64,000 nucleotides of DNA from an uncultured Nitrososphaerales archaeon (lineage in GTDB: Archaea; Thermoproteota; Nitrososphaeria; Nitrososphaerales; Nitrososphaeraceae), in the NCBI GenBank assembly GCA_963695855.1, contig CAVOHZ010000010.1, positions 1,408,001 to 1,472,000 of the forward strand. Reading direction: 5' to 3'. The translations under genes were made by a program, and so were the position numbers. Positions within the stretch are counted from its first letter, which is position 1. Each line of letters starts with the position of its first letter. The notes beneath the pieces were generated by a model that was not told the DNA's origin, did no database searches, and saw only the letters and a program-made list of their open reading frames with translations. Shown one piece after another: positions 53,797-64,000 of this stretch.

Positions 53797-55518
53797 TTAT
53801 TTTTTTTCCAAAGTAACTTCTACCGGCGTTGGATGTGAAATGATATCGAAGACTGGTGATCTCTTTTGTGCAAGCAGGTACTAGTTCTTGTAGTTTTTTT
53901 TCTGGAGCATCTGATTTGATTTTAAATGTAACCTTTATCTTTTCATAGCCGTTTCTTATATTTTCATCCAATCCAAGAAAGCCGTGTAGGTCGATGTCTC
54001 CAGAAAATGATGTTTCCACTTTATCTATCTTTATTCCCTGTGCTGCGGCATGATAAACAACACTTGTAGTCAAACATCCGTCAAGTGCTGCTAGTGCATA
54101 CTCTACAGGATTTGCGCCATGGTCTTCTCCTAACAATATTGGAGGCTCATCTTTTTCTAAAATAAATGATTGACTTCTTTTGAATGTTTGACATGCACCA
54201 TAATAATCGTTGATAATTGTTCTATTATACCAATTAAGATAAATATGCTTACTCACCTCCAACCAGGTAATTTCTCATATTCAGATTGAATCTTTTTGTT
54301 CTAAAATATGTAGATATTTTAATTATGAAATCTGTAAATGACCGATAGTATTGTAGGACAAGCAGATCGTTTTTGGCTATATTCCAGCATTCTTCCAGTA
54401 CCATAAATTCTGGAGATGCTGTTGGAAGATATACTGGAATCAGATCCTTTTTGTGTTTGTCAAAATATTGCAGTACCTTTTTTGATTTATAGTGTTGTTT
54501 TGCTTTATCCAGAAATATATAACATTTTGGAAATTTCCTGTGTATCTGTTTTAGATAATTAAGAAATGTATTTTCATCAAACCAGTCATATTGCCTGAAC
54601 AGTTGTTTTCCTTCTAAACTTGTGGCACCAAATAGAACTGACGCCTGATGAGATCCATTAATTCTCACTACTGGTCTTTCATCTTTTCTTATCCAGACTC
54701 TTCTTACAAGAGAGTCAAAGAAAAAGAATGATTCATCAGTAGATACTACTGTAAATCCTTCTTGGAGATTATCCAGTATCTTTCTTGCTCTTTTTTAAAA
54801 CCTTCTTTCTCTTCTTTTGGTGCAGTGTTTACATGTACTTTTCTAGGTACTTTCTGTTTGAATCCCCATCTGCGAAGTAAGGTGTAGATGTAAATATGAT
54901 GGTAGTGTATACCGCTATCTCTGACTATGATATCATAAACCTGTTTTGTAGTCCATCCCTGTTTGCTAGACGACAGTTTATTTTTTATCTTGTATACTGT
55001 CTCTTCTGGTATATCTGGTGGTCTACCACTTTTTGATCTGTTTTTTAATCCTTCTATACCTTCTTCCCTGTACCTCTTTAACCAATCAGAAGCCCATGTT
55101 CTGCTTCTGTGGAGATCTCTTGCAACCTGTGCAGGAATATGTTTGTCATATACTACGTTTAACACAAGCAACATTCTTTCCTTTACACCTGCATCAGATT
55201 CTCGTTTATACAGTTGCTCAAATCTTGTTCTAGAAAGATTGTTGCTCTCAATCAAATGATAAACTGTATGCTTCCTTTCTTAGCTAAATCTATTATTGTC
55301 TAAAGTGTATGACCATGATGTTAAATTAATGTCAGCATAATTATATTAATTGGTATACGTCCGCCATTTACCCATTTACCCTGTGCTTTGAAGTTGAATT
55401 TTGCAATTTCAGGTTTTTGTTTAATTACTCTAGCTGTCTCAAAGAGTTTGCTTACATTGACTCCGTTTACAATATTTTCTTTTTCTTCTATTTTATTTTC
55501 TTGATTTATCTTATTCAT
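53797..55518 (-). pseudogene. OsmC-family protein split by IS630, with an extra frameshift (~53878)
   Basis: Removing the IS restores KWVNGG-R-NRTIINDYYG; DEPPILLGEDHGANPVE and GCLTTS motifs; the natural C-terminus RSPVFDII...VTLEKK* is in another frame. Confidence 0.88.
54228..55355 (-). mobile_element. IS630-family element with TA target duplication; two ORFs joined by a -1 shift
   Basis: TIRs TACCAATTAAGATAA / TACCAATTAATATAA; TA at 54226-54227 and 55356-55357; HTH ORF followed by a DES..LDK..LEECW DDE frame; TTTTAAAAAAG at 54800-54790. Confidence 0.92.
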
Positions 55519-55522
55519 AATA

Positions 55523-55574
55523 ATGATAGCATGATATCATTATATAAATGTTTCAATATAGATATCATGATATC
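55523..55574. promoter_or_regulatory. Paired palindromes, candidate RHH operator
   Basis: ATGATAGCATGATATCAT (55523-55540) and perfect GATATCATGATATC (55561-55574) lie between the divergent starts. Confidence 0.6.
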
Positions 55575-55618
55575 AAATTAACAAAATATATATAACTTAA
55601 AGATATTAAAAATAAAAC

Positions 55619-56323
55619 ATGACTCGTGATTTACTAATTAGAGGATTTGATGATCAAATCCATTCGCAATTGTCCGAATTAGCTAAAGAGAAGGGAGTAT
55701 CTATAAATTCAATTGTAAAGGATGCAGTTGACAAGTGGCTTAATCAGCAATCAGATATTCCAAAAAAACATTATCTTGTAATTTATTCCGACGATGATTC
55801 CATATTAGGGTTACTAAAGGCTATGGACAGACTTGCAAAAGAAAGTGATTTATTTAGATGTTTTTGTGGTCCACCCTCCACTAGTTCTACTACCCTCCTA
55901 TCGAGATTAAATTGGTACGATGGAACATTAATGCCATATTATTATGAAGGCGATGGAACACTCAAACAACAAAAGCATAAACCAGGTCAAAATAATAAAA
56001 GTATTATGAAATATTGTACTAAGGTTATGGAAAATATAGCAGGTCATACCAATAAGAAACAAATTTGTTGCATTGATTTTCTTATAAATGATATAGCAAA
56101 ATCTTCATTACAACAAGCCTTGACAATAGAAAAAGCTTATGATAATAGTAGAATTCCTGGACTTATGTATTGTACTTACAAGACTGCAACTCTGCTAAGC
56201 TCAGATATAAAAGATCTTGTAGAATTGTTTGAAGGACATGACCAAGTTTTTATAATAAAACAAGACGATGTCTACAAGCTTCATATCACAAAGGAAAATG
56301 TGCATAAGCTTTTCTTTAATTGA
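55619..56323 (+). CDS. Ribbon-helix-helix regulator with an uncharacterised C-terminal alpha/beta domain
   Basis: DLLIRGFDDQIHSQLSELAKEKGVSINSIVKDAV N-terminus. Confidence 0.75.
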   Translation: MTRDLLIRGFDDQIHSQLSELAKEKGVSINSIVKDAVDKWLNQQSDIPKKHYLVIYSDDDSILGLLKAMDRLAKESDLFRCFCGPPSTSSTTLLSRLNWYDGTLMPYYYEGDGTLKQQKHKPGQNNKSIMKYCTKVMENIAGHTNKKQICCIDFLINDIAKSSLQQALTIEKAYDNSRIPGLMYCTYKTATLLSSDIKDLVELFEGHDQVFIIKQDDVYKLHITKENVHKLFFN

Positions 56324-56816
56324 TACTGTACACTAAATCAAAAACTTAGCTACATCGATAATCTAGATTTTAAATAATACCTGTTTATATCCTCATTTAT
56401 TAATAGATATATCTAACATTGGAAGCACCATTATCTAATCTTGTAATATTCTATCATTCTGAATTATTGACTATAAGAAGAATAGAAAATATGTTAACAT
56501 ACAAAGTGAAATCGTACTGCAGCAAGTAACTAAAAATATTTATCCTAAATCTTCTTTCTTTTATTCATATTAATTGTTTGAACAACAAAGAAGAGAACAA
56601 CAATTCAAGCTAATTCAATTAACAAGGGAGACTTTTCTAAGGGTAAGCGAGCATAACAGATATTATAATCATGATGATGACAATACAATTTCTTTTGATG
56701 ATGTTATTTATTATTGTGAGACTAATAAATTTCTAAGAGAAAAATAAAGATAATTTCTGCGATTATTATATTCAAAATTCAATATCTTTAAAAGATAAGA
56801 TATTAAAAAATTAGTA

Positions 56817-57377
56817 ATGATAATAATCACTTTAAGTGGTGTCATTATTCTTTTTATCCTCAATTTTTCTGTAATTACTAATATTTATGCACAAAATAGT
56901 AATACAACACTAGAAAAAACTTTATATTTTCAAGTTGAAATTCCAGATGATTGGACATATGAAGTCTTTTCGGATAGTTATGCTACAGAACTTATGGGTT
57001 TTGGTCAGTCTAACTCAATAGGTGCAATGCCATCAGAACATTTTGGGTCAAACACAACTTATGCAGCAGCATCTTTTAAACAGGATGCTTATTATAGTAT
57101 CAAAAATGCACCTCTTGATGCGTATGTAAAATATATGATAGACGAACAAAATTTAATGAAAGTTATTTCAGAGAAAAATGTAACAGTGGCTAATGAAACC
57201 TCAAGACAGATATATGCAGAAGGAATTGGAGAGAAGGAAGGATTCAAGTTCTTACAATATTATGTAATTCATAATAAAGAACCATATCGTATAGGATACA
57301 CGGCTTCTGGAAATCTATATGATGAATATTTTCCAGACTTTGAAAAAATGTTAAAATCGTTCAAGTGGATCGATTGA
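56817..57377 (+). CDS. Exported PsbP-like domain protein
   Basis: Signal-like N-terminus; FQVEIPDDW and YFPDFEKMLKSFK motifs. Confidence 0.65.
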   Translation: MIIITLSGVIILFILNFSVITNIYAQNSNTTLEKTLYFQVEIPDDWTYEVFSDSYATELMGFGQSNSIGAMPSEHFGSNTTYAAASFKQDAYYSIKNAPLDAYVKYMIDEQNLMKVISEKNVTVANETSRQIYAEGIGEKEGFKFLQYYVIHNKEPYRIGYTASGNLYDEYFPDFEKMLKSFKWID

Positions 57378-57783
57378 TTCATAATTAGTTGTTATAAGTC
57401 ATGTTTGATAAATAATAAGGTAAAATAAATAAAAATGAGTTCTAGCAATACCAATAACATTTAAAGTCCTATTAATAGTCTAATAAATATACTAGTAAAA
57501 TGGATGTAAATGAGAAAATCGAAATAAATAAGAAAATTTTTTTATCTCTGATTAAAGGCAGTGATATAGAAAAACAGATCAAAGTTACTATAGAACATGA
57601 CATAGAAGAAGATAATAAGAATAAACAGAAATGACCAGAAAATCAGACGAAGATGAAGAGTTCAGAGGGGAATGAATCTACTAAACCAAGCGAGGCCGAC
57701 TTAGAGCAATGGCACATATAACAAAAAATTATCTTCAAATCAAAGGAATTGAAAGTAATCCCAAAAATGTGGATGGTGGAATG

Positions 57784-58516
57784 GGCTGTGTTAATTTAAG
57801 TTAATATTCACATCCTTTAACCAAAAATAATCCTTATTATTTGCTATAGAATCATTATACATCAAAACAAAGAATTGTATCCAGTTATGTACATGAAATA
57901 GATTACATTCCTCTTTTTGCCTACAAGGATAGTAGTCATCAAAAGATCCGATTCTGTCTTTCAAATACTGATTGACTCTTTCCATCAAACTTTTCTGAAA
58001 TGGTGAGTGCAGATAGTGTTTTAATCCAATTATGTTACATGCTTCATCCTTCCATGTACCTCCATTATCTGTATACACGGCATGTTTTCCATATTTGTCA
58101 ACCAAGGATCTAATGAACTTTTCAGCAACTATCATGTTTCTCTCCTCTGAGAGATAGATTCCAAGCACAGAACTGTGGACTGGTTCAATACAAAACCATA
58201 ACCAGAAGTGCTGGTTAGCAATCTAAATAATAGTTTCATCTATAATAATAGAAGCAATTACTCTTTTTCTTTTATAGATCTGACAGGATCCAAATCTCTG
58301 AATCCAATTCCAAACAGAAACATAGCTTCTCTTCTCGTCTCTAAATATAGTTAATGCCTTAGAAGTATTTCTTAAACTTAAACCAAGAAAATACAGATAA
58401 AGAGAATACATTACAATAGAAGAAGGTGTTGGTGTTTTATTTCTTTCAAATTTAATTTTCATGTTATATTTAGAACATTCTCAGCTATAGCTTTTGCTGC
58501 TTATCTAAACAGAGCC
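57784..58516 (-). mobile_element. IS6-family element (inverted second copy) with a nonsense codon in the transposase
   Basis: Highly similar to 35848-36576 on the opposite strand, with the same ends; DETII*IANQHFW. Confidence 0.9.
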
Positions 58517-59659
58517 AAATTATTTATTATAGTTCCTCATAATATTTATATAATAATCCACAAAAAAAAATAAAAGTATATTAAAATATATATTAACAAA
58601 TGTCCTCGATTGATAACAAGGGGGAAAATGAATTTAATTATGACGAATCAAACATGGTTGGGAAATCTGAAAATTCGGAAGAGGAAGAAGATGATGAGAT
58701 ATCAGATAGAATAAAAAAAGAAATCATGAAAGATAAAGATGTTATAACTCAACAGAAAAAAAAAGATAGCAAATAATTTTATCACTAATTTACCATTGTT
58801 ATTCTATTGTCTTAATAGTTAACTTGAATTCCTTGTCAATATTAATTCCCAAATTTTTTTCATGATATTTCTATTTTGATTATTCAAATTACATTAGATG
58901 TTAATTCTAAAGGAAAAATAGAAATTTGGTTTAACAATTAATATGTTATTTTTTATGTCATTTATATTCTTCTGTACTAAAATCTATGTCACAGGCCTCA
59001 CATTGATATGCTTTTTCTAAATTGGATGGCATGTGATATAATAGTCAACATGTGATTTAACAATTATTACTGTGATAGTCAATTTAAGTCATATTAATTA
59101 GATTTTATTTATTCATTATTAACCCAAAAGAATTACATTTGTGCAATTTATGTTGTATTAAAATATTTAAATCATTTCAGAATAAAATATTATTACAGGT
59201 TAGTTTAACTTTAATATTGAAAGTCAGAAGTTATCTCAATTGTGGCATGACATATTACAAATAATAATTAAGATGGCTGTTCTACCATCACTTGATAAAT
59301 ATTGATTTATTATACCAATTAGCCTATATTTCTAATGAGATTTTATTATTATCATCTATCAAGAGTAAAAGCTATCTGTCATTATGTTTATTTCACCTAA
59401 TATCATTACCGTGCTATCTAGGAGTTCTAATACTGGCTAACTTAATTGCGTGTATTCTGTAATATTGGAAAATATCAATTTCAAGTGTAATAAACATTTT
59501 TTATCCAAAGAATTTGTAAATGAATTTTTGTTAGCCAGTATATTATATTTACACTTGATACATTTCATTGAGAAATTAGAATAATATCATTTGCCAACCT
59601 ATTTATCATATTATTATATTCCTTTTATACAGCAATAATTCAAAAAAAATAACTCTTAA

Positions 59660-60562
59660 TTATAGGTATTTATTCAAAAAATCTAGTGTTTTTTGCCATG
59701 CATCTACTGTTTCCTTGGGTGCATAATTTTCATTCGATGGATTTGCAAAAGCATGTCCAACATCTTTGTAGATATAAATTTCGTTTACAATTTTGTTAGC
59801 ATCTAATGCATTTTTGAATTGATTTACCTGTTCACCAGGAATAGAAGTATCCTTATCACCGAATATTCCCAAGACTGGCCAATGGATCTTTGATAGTGAT
59901 TGTTTATCCGTTATCAAATTACCATAATAAATAATGGTTGCATTTAATGGATGTTGTTGACTGTTTAATGCTAATTGTAAGGACTGACCACCTCCAAAAC
60001 ACCAACCGAGAGATGCAATTCTTGATTTGTCTACGTTTTCGAGTGAGCTAAGAAACCCAACTGCTGCTTTAAGATTAGTAATTGCTTCTTCTGGATTTGC
60101 TCTCACGATACCGGATAATTCTCTCGCGCGATCTGGATCATTTGTTACCTTTCCATTATATAGATCTACGGCAAGTACTGCATATCCTTCTTTAGATAGT
60201 TTATTTGCTGTTTTTTTAATATTATCATTTAATCCCCACCATTCATGAATCATTATTACAGCCGGGAATTTATGTACATTGTTTGTCGCATTTAAAACTG
60301 AGGGATATACTAAATAGCCTATAGCATCATTATAGTAATTTGTTGTCTTATTTTGTAATAATATTTTGTATGGTAATTCATTGGAATTTTGATCTGATAT
60401 GGGTTTATCAATTTGACCATACAGTATATTTAAATTAATTAAGCCGATAGAAATAAAAATTCCTAAAATCGAAAATAAAATTTGACATAATAAATTTATT
60501 CTCATAATGTTTAATATCAATTTCTTAAAGTTAAACTTTTCTAAAAATTTTTCATTTTCCAT
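59660..60562 (-). CDS. Dienelactone hydrolase family protein
   Basis: HEWWG, GWCFGG and GHAF motifs. Confidence 0.9.
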   Translation of the reverse strand: MENEKFLEKFNFKKLILNIMRINLLCQILFSILGIFISIGLINLNILYGQIDKPISDQNSNELPYKILLQNKTTNYYNDAIGYLVYPSVLNATNNVHKFPAVIMIHEWWGLNDNIKKTANKLSKEGYAVLAVDLYNGKVTNDPDRARELSGIVRANPEEAITNLKAAVGFLSSLENVDKSRIASLGWCFGGGQSLQLALNSQQHPLNATIIYYGNLITDKQSLSKIHWPVLGIFGDKDTSIPGEQVNQFKNALDANKIVNEIYIYKDVGHAFANPSNENYAPKETVDAWQKTLDFLNKYL

Positions 60563-60999
60563 CCTAACTTGGATCCCTTTATCGGGGCGTAGACTTTAAT
60601 GTATTCTTGTTTGGGTAGATTATTTTTTGTAAATATGATAAAGCTTTGTTTATTGGCAGTTGTACTCAACTTTATATTAATTTTTTAATTTTATTTGTAA
60701 ATTGCTTTTTATTATCGGAAGAAGTTCTCTAATTTAGAGGAAATTATTAAAAGAAATCCCAAAATTTATCCGAACAGATTCTTTTCAGGACTATAATAAT
60801 AAACGTTTTAAATATATATTTTTAATCTAATTTGTAGACTGTTAACTTGAACATAAACTAGTAAAACAGTACTGATTTTTGAAAGTTTTTTAAATGCATT
60901 ACAGAATTCTTCTTCATATAATCATCGATTTATATGAGATTTGTACCCTGATCTACTATTTTGGATCAGTTTCCATATTTCCTTTATTTTATAGTCTTA

Positions 61000-61422
61000 T
61001 TATGAATTAGCTCTATTCTGCTTAAAAACTCCTCGAGATAATGATGCAACATCAATAAATCCTAAATTATATCTTTTATTGCTACCAACTACATGGAACT
61101 TGTATTGTTTCTTATAAATATCCTCGTAAAATTCTGAATAATGTTTAGCAGCATCGTATGTTAGAAATCGTGTTCTTATTCCTTCCAGAATTATATCATT
61201 TCCATTAATATCTATAATTTTTATCACATAAAACTTCGGTAATTTCTTGACATTTCTTATTGTAATGTATACAACTACAAGAAAAAATATAACTACACCC
61301 ATCAAAACTAACATATTCCCAAATGCCTTACTAAAGTTCAAAACACTATCTACTATATTGTGATCTAACCAAGTGTAAAGTATACTGAAAACTCTAACAA
61401 TTATGAATATATCAAAAAACAT
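61000..61422 (-). CDS. Hypothetical membrane protein
   Basis: TM segment followed by a small soluble domain. Confidence 0.55.
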   Translation of the reverse strand: MFFDIFIIVRVFSILYTWLDHNIVDSVLNFSKAFGNMLVLMGVVIFFLVVVYITIRNVKKLPKFYVIKIIDINGNDIILEGIRTRFLTYDAAKHYSEFYEDIYKKQYKFHVVGSNKRYNLGFIDVASLSRGVFKQNRANS

Positions 61423-62193
61423 ATATTTTTACTCTCCCAAATTTTCTAATATTATTCATATCTAATTGTATATGTTCGGACATTAATAAAAGTTCTATGT
61501 ATAATTATTATTTATTAAATAGGTAAAATACGTATAGATTCCAGTTTTCCGTTTAATTTAAAGTTATTATATCATCAAATTAGTTGAAGAAAAAATTACC
61601 TGTAAACAGTAACTGATTTAAGCTATTGAAAAAACCATAAGGATCTGGATTGAATTAACAATAATAAAATCGCCTTGAGAAAGATTGAAAAATATATTAA
61701 ATTAAGATAAATGATTTTACTTTATTTATCAACAATGACTTGTTCTCTCAGAAAATACGACATAGTGTTAATATAATTTTGTTGCATGTAAATATCCAAC
61801 ATTATCTTGTGATAAAGATTTTAGATTAGTACCGTGGGCCATTGAATACTGAGTTTGTATCCAATTCCAAAATAACTAGCTATATTAAAGTTGACTGTCT
61901 GACGACAAAATGATCTTGACAATAAAGGTATTTTATAAATATTTTAAGGATTGTGTTTATGAACTTCATTCAAATGAATCTAACAAAAACATATGACTAA
62001 GAGATGAACCAATAGAGTGTTTTGGTAATATATTAAATTTCTAAATTTATATAACAAATTATGTCAACAACAATCCGGTTATCAGACCTCATCAGTATGA
62101 AATGTTTGTAAGCAAAGGAACAGAATCAATATTTTTGATAGGGTAAAAACAAGAAAGATTAAAATCTTTTATTTTATTTTGAGGTTGTATTAT

Positions 62194-62754
62194 ATGAAAT
62201 TGCCATGGAACGATCCATATTCAAACAAATTTGCAACGACTATTGGCTTGATAACATCAAATGGTCGTTATGGTAATGATATAATGGCTTGTGAATGGAC
62301 ACATCACATTTCGTATGATCCGGGTCTAATAGCAATCTCTTTAGGTCCCACGAAAGCCACAGTTAAAAATATTAAGATATCTAAAGAGTTTGGTGTGAAC
62401 CTATGTGCACAAGATCAATCCATGATAGATAGTGTGGCAGGTGGATATAGTAGAATTAATTACAATAAGATTGAAGCTTTAAAAGAATTAGGATTTGAAT
62501 TCTACCAAGCAAAAAAAATCAAATCTTTAATGTTAGATAGAGCTTCATTGAATGTTGAATGTAAGCTTTTAAGAGAAATAAAATTTGGAGATCATATAAT
62601 GTTTATTGGTGAAGCAGTATATGCCGTACAGAATCCAGAAAAATAATCATTGATTTATCATGATACAAAATATTGGTCATTACAACTCTTGGTAAAACCT
62701 AGCCATGAGGAATGCGAAAGAATAAGAAATGTTCTAGAAAGGTATAGAAAATGA
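62194..62754 (+). pseudogene. Flavin reductase-family protein with premature stop
   Basis: EFGVN, VECKL and GDHIMFIGE motifs; TAA at 62644-62646, with the same frame continuing SLIYHDTKYW to TGA 62754. Confidence 0.75.
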
Positions 62755-62977
62755 TTATTATGCTATTCATTACATTAAAATGAATTCAAGATGCCGTATT
62801 GCGCTTAAAAGCAAATGATTTAATATCTAAAAACAAATTCGAGATTTATTATAGACTTTATGTATTGAAAGAGATATCGCTTAATAAAATAAAATAAAAT
62901 AAAAATTAAATTATTTCAATAAAAAAATTTAACATCATACATACAAACATAAATAGATTCTAAAACAAGATAAATTA

Positions 62978-63556
62978 ATGAGATTTCAAAATTCTAAAGA
63001 TATATCAGTTACTCGAAATGGTATTATGTTAATATTAACAATTATGATTATATCATTGATATTTTCAAGCAATGTATCTCTATCACAGACCGACAATAGA
63101 CAGTCTAATGACAATATCATGGAGTCATCAAAAAATAATTCTGTTCAATTCGGGGAACCAATATTTGTGGAAAAATATTCGATTTTATATAAAAGACCTA
63201 TTGTTATGCATGGAGAGAATGCAACTCAATTCGTTTTTTCAGGTAATGGAACTGTTAATAAAATAAATGTCAATCTTTTTGGGGAGGGAGTTTCGATTCC
63301 TCAATCACAAATGATACAATCGATTATTGGAAGAGCTTTTATTTCAACAGAAACAGAAGAGGGTGGACATGCATCATACTTTTTTCAAGCAGTAGGACAT
63401 TCTGAAGAAGAGTTACAAAAAAGTAAAGGAGCTGTATTCTTTAGTTCAAATGCAACAGGAACTCTTTCTCTTCTTAGTAATATGGTAGGTATTTACAAGA
63501 CAGAGTTAAACAAAAATAATGATCTAGGTACGTTTGTTATGTGGGAATGGAAGTGA
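62978..63556 (+). CDS. Hypothetical exported protein
   Basis: Signal-like N-terminus; beta-rich; ends MWEWK. Confidence 0.7.
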   Translation: MRFQNSKDISVTRNGIMLILTIMIISLIFSSNVSLSQTDNRQSNDNIMESSKNNSVQFGEPIFVEKYSILYKRPIVMHGENATQFVFSGNGTVNKINVNLFGEGVSIPQSQMIQSIIGRAFISTETEEGGHASYFFQAVGHSEEELQKSKGAVFFSSNATGTLSLLSNMVGIYKTELNKNNDLGTFVMWEWK

Positions 63557-64000
63557 GCTACAGATTTTAAACAATGAGGTAAGTCCTTATTTATGGGTTG
63601 TATTTTATAAAAGTCTTATTATAGTAAGGTAAATTCGGGTTTCTATATATGAAATTATATTTCTTATCTAGCATTGTATCTGGCGATACTGGCGATAAGA
63701 GGTTCAATCCAATGAAAGATTGACAAATCTCACTTCATATTCTTTTTCTTGTTGATGTATGGAATAATGATTATCAAAGGTCGATATCTATCTTTAAAAT
63801 ATATTATTACTATTTCAATCAAACTTTTTTTAATACGTAATGTAATATAATTTCAGGTATAGAAAATCACATGGATGTAGATAATAGATAACATAAACAG
63901 AGTAACTACAAATATATCTGAAATTTTGATATTAGTAATAGTTTATGAGCTTATTATGAAAAGATATAACGAATAATAATGATCTCCAATCTGAATCATG

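Noticed and set aside
35840-58525. 8 bp target duplications for the IS6 copies
   Set aside because: None of the four flanks match in direct or inverted orientation by eye

Overview
An AT-rich accessory region, most consistent with a soil ammonia-oxidising archaeon of the Nitrososphaeraceae. This is inferred from TATA boxes about 28 nt before apparently leaderless starts and from the protein families present; no marker gene is in the window. From 5' to 3' it contains: (i) an intact ycaC-like hydrolase / YtcJ-NfdA-like amidohydrolase / MFS / ring-cleaving dioxygenase / esterase operon; (ii) decayed fragments, an IS6-type MITE and a broken second ycaC-MFS module; (iii) a visibly GC-richer patchwork (~12.5-27.7 kb) of bacterial-type catabolic genes: 3-hydroxyacyl-CoA dehydrogenase-like protein, YWTD beta-propeller, two class III CoA-transferases, two enoyl-CoA hydratases, acyl-CoA dehydrogenase, benzoylformate decarboxylase-like gene, SDR and an atypical P450, several joined to stumps of AT-rich genes; (iv) an LLM oxidoreductase, P450 pseudogenes, an intact IS5 element, an MFS transporter fused to a DUF5519/luciferase-like domain and a patatin; (v) a ~21 kb copper/redox-stress block between two inverted IS6 copies (HxlR plus a Cys-rich protein, CopA with a cop-box palindrome, MsrAB, thioredoxin, OsmC split by IS630, an RHH regulator with operator-like palindromes); (vi) a dienelactone hydrolase and hypothetical proteins. 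No rRNA, tRNA or CRISPR array was seen. All family calls come from reading motifs by eye; no database search was run.
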